Assembly: GCF_963921235.1 (NCBI RefSeq)
Contig: NC_086097.1
Location: 17,484,001 to 17,548,000 of the forward strand
DNA: 64,000 nucleotides
DNA from: Mobula hypostoma
Lineage: Eukaryota
Direction of reading: 5' to 3'
Shown: positions 63,919-64,000 of the stretch, in pieces
Layout of the letters: the number at the start of each line of letters is the position of its first letter
Numbering within the stretch: position 1 is the stretch's first letter
Position numbers and translations under genes: made by a program
The notes under the pieces: model-generated
The model's database searches: none
The model's input: the letters and a program-made list of their open reading frames with translations, nothing else
What the model was told of the DNA's origin: nothing

Positions 63919-64000
63919 AAAAGTGAAAAGTAAAATAAAATGTACCAACTTGTTCATTCCTTTAGGACCAAAAGACATAGGAGCAGAATTAGGCTATTTC

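Overview
Vertebrate genomic DNA, most likely a cartilaginous fish and probably a ray (inferred from the HE1-like V-SINE, the CR1 families and the Penelope families). The only host coding sequence I can support is two + strand exons of an LTBP2-like gene: 42709-42779 (71 bp) and 60199-60478 (280 bp). They splice in frame to [55 protein letters not shown]. No signal-peptide exon 1 was found. Most of the rest is transposable element: many CR1 LINEs, Rex1/Babar LINEs, an RTE LINE, an L1 3' fragment, SINEs, two Tc1 elements, a solo LTR, and a decayed Gypsy provirus that anchors a 20-kb multi-level nest. The most notable system is the Penelope-like elements (GIY-YIG + RT). Their 3' ends carry minimal hammerhead ribozyme motifs (at least 9 copies, several with an intact core) followed by a conserved stem-loop tail. 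They recur as head-to-head inverted pairs, and two of these pairs are enclosed by a single target-site duplication. A CpG-rich 33-bp x5 array near 35.8 kb has splice donors pointing outward on both strands and looks like an unannotated promoter.
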